Shown in pieces: positions 27,101 to 42,100 of a stretch of 64,000 nt of DNA. The stretch lies in NCBI RefSeq assembly GCF_964355755.1, contig NC_092675.1:9109812-9173811 (forward strand), written 5' to 3'. The position numbers and the translations under genes are program-made. Position 1 is the first letter of the stretch, and each line of letters starts with the position of its first letter. A model generated the notes under the pieces. That model did no database searches. It worked only from the letters and a program-made list of their open reading frames with translations, and was not told the origin of the DNA. The stretch comes from Antedon mediterranea (lineage: Eukaryota > Animalia > Echinodermata).

Positions 27101-30100
27101 ATTTTATTGAAACTGAATACAATTAATATCAAGTGTCAACTCAAGGAGTAAAAATGGCGTGTTGCACAAGAAATTATATCGGTGACGCCTAGATAGATCA
27201 GGCGTTTCTCGTCTGTCAACCTTGTTAAGTGTTGGTTTAGTTATTTATACCAATAAATATTTAATTTATTTCTTCTGTCATGGCTTACTGTCATGCAGTC
27301 AACGTAATAAATAATTCAGACTCATGAAAACACATTAAACATGATGGGTGGTGTTACTTTTTATTTCAATTCTGTATTTTCCAACATATTAATATTAATA
27401 CAATATCATAACAAAACTGAAAAAAAAATTGTTTGGGAGGAGCTGAAAAATAGTAAAGAACTAATTGTGATGATAGCCCTCTTTTACACACAATTAAATT
27501 TTAAATAAAAACCGGTAAATTTCCTTCCGTTTGGAAACGTTCCAATATTGTTCATATTCATAAGGGGGGACCAAGAAATTGATTTCTAACTATAGACCTA
27601 TCTCTCTGTTGTCTACCATTTCTAAATTGTTTGAAAAAATTGTTTTTAACCATATTTCGACTCATGTTTCTCCTGCCATTGCTTCCTGTCAGCATGGCTT
27701 TGTAACTGGTAGGTCATGTGAAACAAACCTTGCCACCCTGTTGACCACAGTTTACGAAGCCATTGATGACAGGAAGCAATGTGATATTATTTACACTGAC
27801 TTTTCTAAGGCGTTTGATCTTGTTCCTCATAATTTACTCTTATCAAAATTACAACGTTTTGGTTTTCATAATGATTTTATCTCCTGGTTTCGTAGTTATC
27901 TTAATGGTAGGTTCCAGAGAGTGGTCATTGAGGGTATATCCTCTGAATGGCTTCCTATTCAGTCCGGTGTCCCTCAGGGATCGATTCTTGGTCCTCTCCT
28001 TTTCAATCTTTTTGTCAATGATATCCCAAAACTCTTCACCCACTCCAGATGTCTTATGTTTGCTGATGATGTTAAGCTATACAGAATTATTGGTAGTGTT
28101 GAGGATGCTGACAGGCTTCAGGTGGATTTGGACAAGCTATGTTATTGGGCTGCTTTATGGGGTATGTCCCTCAATCCAGTAAAGTGCAATATTTTAACTA
28201 TTACTTCGGAAAAGAACATTTTATTTTATAATTATTTAATTAATGACAATCCCATTAATAGGGTGCAATCGCAAAAAGATCTTGGTGTTTTTATTGATAG
28301 TTCCCTTTGTTTTTCTTTTCATATTGATTATCTTGTTGGCAAGTGCAATAGACTGCTTGGGCTGATGTGGCGTAATTGTAAACATTTTGACAGGCAAACC
28401 AAAATCCACCTTTATTATTCAATTATCCATCCCATTCTCAACTTCAGTTCTGTTATTTTTAATTCTATTTCGAAAACTCAGTCTACGCTCATTCAGCGTC
28501 TGCATAACCGTTTTTTACGCTACATCAGCCACAACCAGAATCCTGACTTTCATTTCCATGTCCGATCTCCTGAGTCTCGTAGAACCTTTTTTGATCTTGT
28601 TTTTTTGTATAAATGTATTAATTCTTTATTTGACTGTAACTTAGTTAGTAATTTTTATCTTAGAGTCCCTAGTCGTCGTCTTAGAAGAAATACTACTTTT
28701 CATATTCCTTTTAGTAGAGCAAATGTTTTTAAAAATGGTTTTATTAGTAGATTAAGTCAAACTTACAATTCTTTTACTTTAAGAAACCCTGAGTTAGATA
28801 TTTTTAGTAATAATTTCCGTAAGTTGAACCATGAGCTCACTGTTGGTTGGGAAATAAAAAAATAAAATAAATAAATAAAATAAATTATTTAGTTATTATT
28901 ATAAATTAATTATTAAATTTATTATGATTTAAATTAATATTTAATATAAATTAATCACCTAAAAACTAACTAATATATATATTTTTTTAATAACATATTA
29001 TACCCTGAACAGAAATTGACCAATATTATTGTTAAACTTGGGAATAATTATTCTTGTTGCGTGGTGGTGTTGAACTTATTATTAAAACTTGAAATATTAT
29101 TGGCGGAAGACAACAATTGTTGGCATAAATTTGTAAAATACCATCATCATAACTGAAATTTATATTGCTCTTTAAATAATGGTAATGTATGTCCTAGCCT
29201 CTGAGTACAAGTCATCATGTGTTGCCCCATACCTCCAATGCATGAAATATGTGGCAGAATTAAATTAAAAGTAATTAAAATCACTCCACTAAGGTCATAA
29301 TGACACGCATACCCCACCAGCTATATGTGGGGATTAATCTAATCATGTGATAATTAAATACTGTCCCCTATAATTGTTACTGCCCCCTATAATTGTTATC
29401 AGTTCAAATTAATTGCTTTCTTTTGTATTCATGAACCGGTCAAAGAAGCAACAGATAGTTTTTGTCTTTTATTTAATTAAAGATCTTCACCATTGCAGTT
29501 GCAAGATTAAAGAACCATACTGATCTCTTTTTTCATGCTAAAAACAATTAAAGCCAAAAACACCACTGGACCGTGAACAAAGTGAGAAAAGGCTTGTCTT
29601 TCCTTTTGTGTTGTCGTTCACATCCTTACATATATATTACAATTAAAATAACTATGCATCTTGGGTAGGGACGTCACTCCACTAAGGTCATAATGACCCG
29701 CATACCCCATCATCTATATATTACAATTCAAATAACTATGCATCTTGGGGTAGGGACGTCACTCCACTAAGGTCATAATGACCCGCATACCCCATCATCT
29801 ATATATTACAATTAAAATAACTATGCATCTTGGGGTAGGGACGTCACTCCACTAAGGTCATAATGACCCGCACCCCTCCACCTATATTACAATTAAAATA
29901 ACTATGCATCTTGGGGTAGGGACGTCACTCCACTAAGGTCATTATGACCCGCATACCCCATCATCTATATATTACAATTAAAATAACTATGCATCTTGGG
30001 GTAGGGACGTCACTCCACTAAGGTCATAATGACCCGCACCCCTCCACCTATATTACAATTAAAATAACTATGCATCTTGGGGTAGGGACGTCACTCCACT

Positions 30101-33100
30101 AAGGTCATATTGACCCGCACCCCTCCACCTATATTACAATTAAAATAACTATGCATCTTGGGGTAGGGACGTCACTCCACTAAGGTCATAATGACTGGCA
30201 CCTCTCCACCTATATTACAATTAAAATAACTACAGTATACATCTTGGGGTAGGGACGTCACTCCACTAAGGCCATAATGACCGGCACCTCTCCACCTATA
30301 TTACAATTAAAATAACTACAGTATGCATCTTGGGGTAGGGACGTCACTCCACTAAGGTCAAAATGACCGGCACCTCTCCACCTATATTACAATTAAAATA
30401 ACTACAGTATGCATCTTGGGGTAGGGACGTCACTCCACTAAGGTCAAAATGACCGGCATACCCAAACCACCTATATATTACAATTAAAATACCGTAACTG
30501 TTTCGACCAAACTATATTTGTTATGATTACATTATGGGCGCGCTCCTTAAAGCGTCGTAGATCCACATAGCGAGTAGTTAGCTTGCACACTGATGTTTTT
30601 GCTGCTGTTATTTCAGTAAAATACCTGTTTTTTTAAACACTGTCATTATATACCATTTACTGTGATGTATAGGGTAATGGATATGAATACTATTATTGGT
30701 TTTAAGATTATTATTTATACTTTTTATGGAATTAATGATGATTTGAGAACGCATTGGAAGAGCTATGAATATGTTATGTAGTGGCTAGTAAAGCCTTTGT
30801 TTGAGCCTAGCTATTATTTCTAGAAAATGTAACTGTATTTTGTTTTTATTTGAGAAATAAATTTATTGATTGATTATTATTATTATTATTATTAGCTTGG
30901 TAAAGCTCTGTTGGATTCGCTCAAGTCTTAAGCTTATAATATGTATGGTATAATTAAGTTCATGAGAATTTATGTTATATATATTTGGTTTCCTTCAGTT
31001 AAGTCATAATGGTTTTATAAGATGATATTATGTTGATTTATGAGTTTTTGCCAGTATAGACTAGTTGCTAAAGCATGTTACCTAGCCGTTTGTTCTGAAT
31101 GCTAATAAATATTCATGAATTCTATTGTTTCAGTGACTATACAGGAAGTTGCCTGATTAGAACTGTTTATGTGACTTGCCTTTGTTTTCTGTTAAGCTTT
31201 TAATCATAATATCTAGAAATGTACTGTATGCTTTACTAGGTATAATTCTAAGTTTATTATTGTACATGCATTTAGACTTAATTATTAATATTTTAGGATC
31301 TACCATCCCCTGCTTACCTGTATGGTATTGATGCTTACCAGACACTGTTGTGTTGAATGTTTTATTACATCAGGTCAAAGCATTAAGTTTATTTACATGC
31401 CCTGTGAACTGTTTTAAACTGATTTATTAGTTTTTTAACTAATTATTCAATTTTGGGTGTGTTATAACAATTACTGTACGAGATTAATGATTACATGATT
31501 CATTATTGGAATATATCGCCATCACACTCACGTCTTTGTGTATTATAGTTGTTACAGTGCGCCACCTTGTGCCCTTTCGGGAAACATTGTTTTCACTTAT
31601 TGTTAGTTGGTTCGTGATATACTATATAGGCCTAGAAGCCTAGTGTCGGTTGATATTATTCTTTATTTATTAAAAGTGTTCATATCTACGTAAAGTTGAT
31701 GAGTCTTTATTGCCGTGGTGGCAGCGCATTCACCCACTACTGCGAAACCACTTCAATAAACAGAAAACATGTAGACACTTCATACATTTACAAATCAATG
31801 AACATTTTTTTGCCCCCTAGGCTACCGGACTCGATCCCGAAGTCTAGCTCGCATAGATAAATCAAACGCCCTCTCAGCCGACATGTGAGTAAAGCCTAGC
31901 CTTGTTACGTTACTGTCAGCGTCTACCGCTCACATCATAGCTATTGCGAGAGCCCAAAACAATGGCAGCTTACCAAAAATGAAACAGTTAACTCTTTTTA
32001 AAACTGGCGACAGAATTTATTATATATTTTTTAAACCTTAAATAGCACTGATCCTGTCATCTTCATTATACAATCATAACAGAATTTTTCTTCTGTTAAC
32101 AACTAGTGCTCTTAGTCTGTCACGTACCTTATCACAGACATCCATGGCCTTGTACAGGGTTTGCTGACTAATTGTAAGTTGTAGCAGCTCATTTTCGGAT
32201 CTGTCAATTCAACCTTGAACAAATGTTACTAAATTCAACCATTTGAGGTGAGGCAACTATAAGTTCACCAAAATCACTTTTTGACGTATCGTAAGCTTTG
32301 AAATGTGTGAACAAAAATGATTGATCATTTAAAGTGGCATCGGGAACTAACAGAGCCAATCGACACTGATTACAAGGACCAAGTGCTTCGTGGTAAGAGA
32401 GAACTACAAAGATACCCAGTAATATAGGCCATTGTATTTGCCTCTGGAAGATCAGGCACTATAGAATAGGTAAAAACTGCCTTTGGAAGTCTGCGACTGT
32501 GAGCTGTTGGAACAATATGGTCTATTTCTTTGAAAATCAGATAAGGTGAGCATAAACTTATCCATTTCAAGGCACAATTTTCTGACATGGCAGAAACAAT
32601 CAACTGGGTGAGTCGTTCTTGATGTCCTTCCTAACACGCCATAATCTTCAAATCCTTCAATTCTATCATTACTCTCATCATAAAATAGCTGTGTTCTTAA
32701 ACTCATCTCATCAAATGCAATTACACACAATTTATTCCTATCCTTGAAGTGTGCAACCTTTCGTTGCATTACGTTTAGGATGGTGTTGTTAAACCCTGGT
32801 TGAATTTCGCTGATTTTTAACCATTTATGTAATGATGATGGTGGAGGCTACTTGTCTGCTAACACCTTGTCACTGTATGACCCTCTTCTACCCCTGGCTT
32901 TAGTCACAAACATAGAATTCTTAACCTGTGAGGAGAAAAATGACAATGCTGGTTCTTTCATGTATTGTTTCACCCCATCTATAATACTAGCAATGTCATT
33001 CATTGCAACATTTGTCCCTATTTTTTTTTTTACTGTTTGTTTTAGTTTACGTATGCCATGTGTTAGTCTAGATGTTTATAACAATTAGTTTTCGTTGACG

Positions 33101-36100
33101 TTCTGCATCAGGTTGTCGGTCTTCATCACAATTATTTTCAGCAAATTGCACATAGATGTGATCATGAATAGCATCAGTAACTGAAATGTAGGAACATGAC
33201 CACACTGTAATGTTATTGTATACTGTATGCTTTTTGTAGTTAACCATTATGTGTAGTATTTTTAATATACTGAGTCTAAAGCAAAATTGTTAATATGGAA
33301 AATTAACCTACCGAGCCATAAATATTTGTTACTGAGTTATATTGTAACATGACCAATGCATTTAAAATATTAATTTTTTAGAAAATGGTCATGTACTGTA
33401 ATGCTTCATCAATGTCATCTAATGAATTGTAGTGTTATTTTAATAGTTTCCTAGAATACTTTTGTTACATTAAAATGTATTGTTTTTTTAAACACATTTT
33501 AATACTCTTCTCTTATTGTTAATGTTAGGTTACATTTCTGTATTTGTTCTGTAATTAACATTATGTAAAGGCAGTCTGAAACAAATTTAGTTAAAATGCT
33601 TTTTTATTCATTATGTATTAAAGTAATGGTGAGTATAGTATTCATTGTGTATTAAAGTAATGAGTATAGTATTCATTGTGTATTAAAGTAATGAGTATAG
33701 TATTCATTGTGTATTAAAGTAATGAATATAGTATTCATTGTGTATTAAAGTAATGAGTATAGTATTCACTGTGTATTAAAGTAATGAATATAGTATTCAT
33801 TGTGTATTAAAGTAATGAGTATAGTATTCACTGTGTATTAAAGTAATGAATATATTATTCATTGTGTATTAAAGTAATGAGTATAGATTCATTGTGTATT
33901 AAAGAAATGAGTATAGATTCATTGTGTATTAAAGAAATGAGTATAGTATTCATTGTGTATTAAAGTAATGAATATAGTATTCATTGTGTATTAAAGTAAT
34001 GAGATAGTATTCACTGTGTATTAAAGTAATGAATATAGTATTCATTGTGTATTAAAGTAATGAGTATAGTATTCATTGTGTATTAAAGTAATGAGTATAG
34101 TATTCATTGTGTATTAAAGTAACGAGTATAGTATTCATTGTGTATTAAAGTAACGAGTATAGTATTCATTGTGTATTAAAGTAATGAGTATAGTATTCAT
34201 TATGTATTAAAGTAATGAGTATAGTATTCATTGTGTATTATGTGTATAGTATTCATTGTGTATTAAAGTAGTGAGTATAGTATTCATTGTGTATTAAAGT
34301 AATGAGTATAGTATTCATTGTGTATCAAAGTAACGAGTATAGTATTCATTGTGTATTAAAGTAACGAGTATAGTATTCATTGTGTATTAAAGTAATGAGT
34401 ATAGTATTCATTGTGTATTAAAGTAATGAGTATAGTATTCATTTTTTTTTCCGAAATAAAAGATGAATGAATAAAGTAATGAGTATAATATTCATTGTGT
34501 ATTAAACGAGTATAGTATTTTGTAATCAAACAACTAGAATGTAAAATGACTGTTCATGGTATGTGTGCTTACCAAATTGTGATGTAAAGATGAAATTACG
34601 ACAATATAAAGTATTAGTTCAGTTACATTATAATCTTATTTAGTAGTCAAAAGTTTGTACACTTTTTAACACATTGTTTCAACTATTTATAGTATAATAC
34701 CTATTTTCAATTCATGTTCCTTCTTTTCCTTCTTTATTTATAGACAATGCAGGATTTGGGAAATCAAAAATTGTTGGAATTGCATTGAAGTTTAATTTTT
34801 TCTTCTTGCTGCATGTGAATTCACTTGGTTGAAAATGATTGGATTCTTCACCTATCTTCGTGATCTACAGTATAATAATAATTAACAATGATATTAATAA
34901 TATATATTTGGGAAATATGCCCAACTTTTTAAGTAGTTTATATCAGCATAACAAAATTAAAATAAATAATACATAATATAGTTTATTTTAATTTTTTTAT
35001 GCTGTCGGAAGTACGGCAACATTATTCACAACATCACCTTAAACATTTCAGTGTCAATCAAGGATTTACGAAAGTCGGAAAAGGTCTCGAAAAAATCTGA
35101 AAAAGCCGCAGATGATATAAACTACTTAAACAAAATATATACTTTATTAATAATTTAAAAAAACAAAATTGAACTATACATTGTAATATTAAAGTAGAAA
35201 TAATAGTACAGAAGAAATCTTATTGGTATATTATCCTATACTATATATTTCAACAATAAACTCCCTTTTTAAACTTTTAAATATAGGCTTTACAACCCTA
35301 TACCTACCGTATATTATGGGCATATAGGCCAAGCTAGTGTTAACAAAAACCTAGAATTAGGTACTTTTCAGTAATCACTCTAGCTTATTTTAAACATTTA
35401 ACAATATAAATTTACAATACAGTGTAGCCTAGCTAGGCATATTATTGAATACAGTATAGTTAGTTATATAGGGCCTGTCGCATACAAACTGTTTATAGGC
35501 CTATTATTTGTTTAGAATAGGCCAAAAGTATGCAATCCCTTTAAAACTTATAATGACTTATTATTATGAGAGCCTCTTAAAAAAATACACATTTGAGTTA
35601 ATACTCACCAAATTTTACCTTTTGTGAATTGAAAAATGACATTTCTGGACATTTTAATTGGCGATTATATGACAGTTAATCGCTGAACAATGGCTATGCG
35701 ACATGACTGCACCATATAGTGGTTACGAAGACTTTACGCGCGCCACATATGCCTTATCGCCTGCATACAAATGTAGCATACAATCAGTCAGTGCTAACTT
35801 CGTACCTATTTTTACAATTATATACGCCTATAGAAGTGTAATAACAAACATTTATATAAATATTCTTCCATTTTGACGCAAAAAATGAAATAAAATCCTA
35901 CTCTTTAATCTTATATTTTTTTGCTAAATTCATTATCTTCCAAAATTGTCATCTTCAAGTTTATTTTGATAACGTCATCTTACCCAAAAATTAGAACATG
36001 ATGTGGGTCCAATAATTTCACCTAAGCTACACTGTATACAGTATACTCAGGGAGGTCTTACACCTGCCTGGTATACTGTACATATTCTAAATGAAACATA

Positions 36101-39100
36101 ATAGGCACATATAGTAATATAAAAAAACACATGATCATTTTGGTGATTGCTATACAATAAGAGTGTCATTTCTGACCAACTAAAGGTGCCATTTAATCAT
36201 GAATTTTATGTGGGAGTACCATTTCCGACCATCTATGGGGTCTCATTTACCAAAATTCGCTCAAATATTTGGCGCCTAAAAAAATGTTAGACTCATTAAA
36301 AATGCAGTACAACAATCAGACATGTACTGTAAGAAGAGTAACCTACAGTGTGGTGTGGATAGTCTATCAGTTATTAAAATAAAATACAAAACAAAACTTT
36401 TTCAAATTGAGTTAAAATGTATTATTACCTTTCATCTGCTTTACAATATTCTTTGTAGGGTCAATCCAATGCTGTAAAACAACATAATTCAAATATCAAA
36501 ATCATACTTATCCTATGTAAAATTCTGTGCATATTTTGAGTCTATAAATATAAGATTGTTTTTTTAAAGCTACACTTTTAATTGTTCCGTTTTATAGAAG
36601 ACTTTATCGTTCAATCAATTATATACAGTATATAATTATATAACTAACTATGAAACTGAACAATTGTTATTATTAATGTTTTGTTCTGTTCCGATAAAAG
36701 TGGTACATAATTTATTGTCGAAACATGTTGCAAATATAATAGTTAACATAAATCTCCATTTGATTTCCTGCAGCAATTTTAATGTGAATTATGAACTGTT
36801 TTCTCAAAAACCAATCAACGAATCTTCATCTTCAATCTTCTTTATAATAAATAATAAATAACATTTATAAAGCGCAAGAGACAAAGGTTTCAAAGCGCTG
36901 TGTTTTCCAAGATCTGTGCAAGTAGTAGCGTGTGATAATGCTTCTCTGAAGAGATGAGTTTTGAGTTTAGTTTTAAATGTGATTACAGATTTTGATGAGC
37001 GTATTTCGAGGGGTAGAGTGTTCCAGAGTTTTGGGGCTGCGACAGCGAAAGCACGATCACCGTAAAACCGAGTTCTGGAAAGGGGTCCAGGTTTAAGAAG
37101 AAGTCTGCTGGATGAACGAAGCGTAGAGTTTGTTGACGGAGTAATGATGTCACATATGTAGGCTGGAGCACATCCGTTGATGGCCTTATATGTCAGCAAC
37201 AGGATTTTAAAACGAATGCGCTGATCTACAGGCAACCAGTGTAAGTCACGTAAAACGGGAGAAATATGTTCATGTCGTTTAGTGCCAGTGATAAGTCTTG
37301 CGGCGGAACTTTGGATTCGTTGAAGAGGAGACAGGTAAGAAGTTGGTAGGCCGTACAGAAGCGAGTTATTACAGTCCAGACGAGATGAAACGAAAGCATG
37401 AACAAGACGTTCAGTTGATGTTTTGTCAAGGTACAGTACTTACGAATCTGGCCGATCTGGTAAATTCCAAAGGAAGCACCACGGCAAACATTACGAATGT
37501 GTTCTTTTAAACCGAGGCTGTTGTCTAGTTGGACGCCAAGATTTCTGGCTGAGCTGGAGGTAGAGACACTAGTATCTCCGATATGGACCAAAGGAAATGA
37601 TGATGCCTCACGGAACTTTGAATGAAAATGGATCATTACAGTCTTGGAGTCTTTGAACATGAGTTTATTTTTAATGGCCCATGAGCGAACATCAGCGATG
37701 CATGATTCAAGGCTGTTAACAGATTCAGAATGATGTATAGGTTTCATGATTAAATATAGTTGAGTGTCATCTGCATAGATCATATGACGAACTTCCGGGT
37801 GGGAATCAATGATGTTGCTGAGTGGTCCAGTGTATAAGATGAAATCGAGTGGACCTTTTACGGATCCCTGCGGTACACCCCAGGGTAGAGCGAACTCATC
37901 AGACATCGAATCACCCACAATGATTGCTTGTCTACGATTCTCAAAATATGAAATAAACCATTTCAATGCGGTTCCGCTTATGCCGTATCTTTTCTGAAGA
38001 CGTTGAAATAATAAATCATGATTGATAGTGTCAAATGCGGCGGAGTAGTCGAGTAGAATAAGTACCACTTCATTACCTTTGTCTAAAGCAAGTAGTAGAT
38101 CGTTTGTAACACGCAATAAAGCGGTTTCAGTTAAGTGGAAGCGGCGGTAGGCTGATTGGACTTTTGAAAACAGGAAATGTTCATCCATATATGCTTTTAT
38201 CTGAGCAGTTGCAATTCTTTCCAAGACTTTGAAAAGGAAGGGAAGATTTGCTATTGGTCTATAATTTTGTAGGACGTTGGGAGTCGAGATTTTGCTTTTT
38301 CAACAGTGGCATAACGAGGGACAATTTAAATGCAGATGGTACAGTACCTGATGACAGCGACATGTTGACGATTTTAGTGATATGCGGTAGTAGAGAGTCA
38401 ATGCAGTTTTTTAGTAACCGTGTTGGAATTGGGTCAAGTCTACTGGACTTAGATGCGCTTTCAGCGATGACTTTGCGTACCGTATCTTCTGATGTTTGCT
38501 CAAATTCAGCGAAACTACTATTACATGAATCGTCGACGTTGACAGTTATTAGTATTCGTATTCATTCGTATTCATTCTGCTTTTATTCAATATTTCTCTT
38601 TGCAGTATATATAAAATAAAACTGAATTGCGAGAGATTTACATATAAAATTGGTACAAGCTTTCAAACATCAAAATTTACAACATTAAAAAGTTAAAAAA
38701 AATATTTTTAAAAAGGAGATATTACACATGGAAGAAACTGATGAAAGTACTTATTACTTATTATATTATTATTGTTGTGTTTATTTTGGATTATTAATTA
38801 GTCTACACAGTGCTGGGAAACATGAGTTGTTGAATCTTTTAGTATTGCCATATATTTCACTTTGCTTCTTCATTCCTAAGTATCCTGCCACACGTTTCGC
38901 CTCTCAATTTAGGAAGTGCGTTAGGAACGATTTTGTTAAGATTTTTAGCAAAATCAAGAAGAATATCTTCTCTTCTTTGATCTAAAAATTTAAGATTAAG
39001 TAGTTTAATTGCTTGATCATAGGATGCATATTTTTGTCCGAGAATTATTCTACATGCGCGTTTCTGTATAGATTCAAGCTCCGTGGATTGTGCTATGGTT

Positions 39101-42100
39101 AAGGCAGAGTGCCATACCGGACACGCATATTCAGTTACAGGTCTTATGTGGCTAATATACATTTGACGCAGATGGTTACAAGGCATTCCAAATCTTTTTA
39201 AACATGTCAACATATGTAATCTCTTACTGGCTCTATTAACAACATTGTGGATATGCATATTCCATTTCAGATCATTAGTGATCTGAACCCCAAGTAACTT
39301 TAAGCATTCAACATTGGTTATTTTTATATTATTTATCGTAAATGATTTAACAATGGGTTGAGATTTGGCAAAAGAAATGTTCATAAAGTTAGTTTTTTCA
39401 ATATTAATTATCATATTATTGTCTTTGGTCCATTGTGATAGTTCGTTTAATTGATCTTGAACATTAGGCGGGGTTTTCTTGTTGTGAACTTCACATATTG
39501 ACAAATCATCTACATACTTCCACCGATTTGGGAAGTCTCTAAGCGAATTGTTAACCATTACTTGGAAAATTAAGGGACCCAGTTTCGTCCCCTGAGGAAC
39601 TCCGCAAGTTATTCCTTGCCAGTTTGAAAAACCGCCATTGAGTTTCACTCTCTGTTTACGTTCGCTCAGAAAATCACAAATCCACGGCATCAATTCAGGT
39701 TGAACTCCAATATCAATTAACTTCTTGACAGCGATTGTATGATCAATTAGGTCAAACGCTTTACGAAAATCAACTGCAATAACCGTTGCTTCGTGTCCAG
39801 GTTTATCAAGACCTTGAAGTAAATAGTGTAACATTAGTGGAGTGTTTATGGAGTTAAGTTTCTTGCAAATCTTCAGAGTCTTTTCATTAAAGAAACAGCC
39901 AAACTGGTTTGCAAGATCCATTGAAGATGTGTGTTTTGGCAGAATAGGAGAAGAATCGACCGAGTACAGTTTACTTATGATGCGGAAAAGGTTCTTGTCA
40001 TCCGCATTAGCGATTTCATTGCGATGAAAATTGCATTTTGCTAGATCTAGCATATCTTTATATGCTTTGCATTCCAACTTGTACCACTGTTTGTCGATAT
40101 CCAAACCAGATTTCAACATTCTGCGTTCTGATCTCCGTTTGACGCACTTCGCTTCACGGAGTTCATTCGTGTACCATGGTGCCCGTGGTCTAATGGTGAC
40201 CAGTTTAGTTGTTAACGGAGCATGTTGGTCAAGGATGTACTGCAATACATTATTGTATTGGTCAGCGAGATCGGAGACATTATCTTCCGGTGCGCAGACG
40301 AGCGGGGAATTCATTATATCTTCCACAAAACAATTTAGATCAATGTTACGAAGTTTGCGGTAAGAGGTTGTCCGCGTTGGTTGTTTAGGATGTGATAAAT
40401 CCACCAAGCTGATGACAGCCATATGGTCGGATGGTAGTCCTTGTTTGACAGTGGTTTGTTTTATTAATTGTCGTTTTTCCGAGAGATTAGAAGGTCCAGT
40501 GTGTGCCCGCTAACGTGAGTGGGGCCTTGGACATGTTGATGAAGACAACTCGTGTCAAGCAGTTCATCAAATCGCTTGGTGTTGTTGTCCAAGAGGTCAT
40601 CTGTGTGAATATTGAAATCACCAACTATCAGAAGGTTTTTGGTGCAAGAGACTGATTCAAGAAGTGATGAGAATTCAGTGATGAACAAGTCAAAGGTAAG
40701 TTTGTTTTTGGTCGATGGTGGTGGTCTGTAAATTGCTATCAAGTTAATTGAAACATTTGGTGTTATTTGGAGTCCACGGTGCGAAATGATGCATATTCCA
40801 CCTCCGCGTCCACCTGTAGGGCGTGGCGCATGTGACACGTCCGCGATAAAGTGGTTGACAAATCCGGCAAAGAATGTTGAATGAACCGTGGATACGGCTG
40901 ACCGCGAAGGCTGACTGCACAGGAATGTGAGTAGAAAGGCAAACGAAACTGGCCTAGGAAAAACTGAACATTAGTTTCGCTAGTAGACCAACGATGTTAT
41001 CTTCACAAATACATACAACGGTCAGTAATAACCAGGAAAAGTTCGATGTGGCATTAAACACACACATTTCAGTATACAGAAACTGTAATTTTACAGAAAC
41101 TTGGAGAACAGATCAGACTGGCCGCTTGTATTGTAAGGCGCACACGTCAATCAATTATTGATTAAATTGAATCAAAATGTATTAAACTAAACACTTTTAT
41201 AGCTCACAACATGGATAGCAAATCCACCAGATCCTGCAATTCCATTTCAAACATGGGTATTAATAAATGGGGAATAATAGGTGACTTGCAGCCTACTGTA
41301 CTCGCACATGTGTGGACGACACATACCACTGAGCTTTCTTCTAAGGGTCCCTTCATGTCGAGTGCTGCAACCAAATCTTTTATTTCTATTATTAAAGTAT
41401 TTAAATAATTTCTGTGTATATTTTATGCGAATGACAATAAATAGAAGTAATTTTCTGATGAATGAAAGTGCACACAAGCCACATGTGTACACTGGACCTA
41501 CTGTACAGCCTTAATTCCTTATACGAGAACCATGGTGTCTTGAACTTGTGCCGATTGTATAGCTATGGTTTGCGGCAACCCTGCCTTAAACACTTGGCCA
41601 CACAACTGATGTTTAGGTCCATGTCAAGAATATATGTCCGTGGGCGTGCTATTTAATATCTTGCATGAAAGATATGGGTAAGTTAAAAGAATACACATTG
41701 TTCTTTTTTATGTGTGAAGTTATTAATTATTGATTTTTGTTTGGGATTTTATTGAAATACATTAGGAATGTTCTGTAAATATATTTAACTATTTACACCG
41801 AATAAATCAGAATGAATTCAAAATAGTAGGTGGTATCACGCTAACATAAAAACACGGCATGAAGTACTATACTTGGCTAAATTTAGTCAAATAATAAATA
41901 ATATAATACTAATAGGCACAAAAGAAACTCACGGTACCAATTATAAAAAAGTACCAATTCGATTTATAATTGATTTAAAATATAAATTATAAAAAAAAAA
42001 TAAGGTGAAACTGAAAAGCATAAATAAATGTTTCCAATAAATGTAAAAAGGTCAATTTCATTAGCATTTCATGATTTGACATTTAGCGAGTAGTGTTAAA

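Noticed and set aside
31550-31730. Possible LTR end followed by PBS-like TGGTGGCAGCG
   Set aside because: No CA terminus before the motif, no second LTR and no gag/pol remnant.
29632-34520. Regular 81-bp and 31-bp repeats as CRISPR-like arrays
   Set aside because: No unique spacers, no cas genes, eukaryotic intronic context; these are simple tandem repeats.
38857-40422. 521-aa ORF as a single LINE ORF2
   Set aside because: It is a chimera of two nested LINEs with a duplicated ATTAGT at the junctions.
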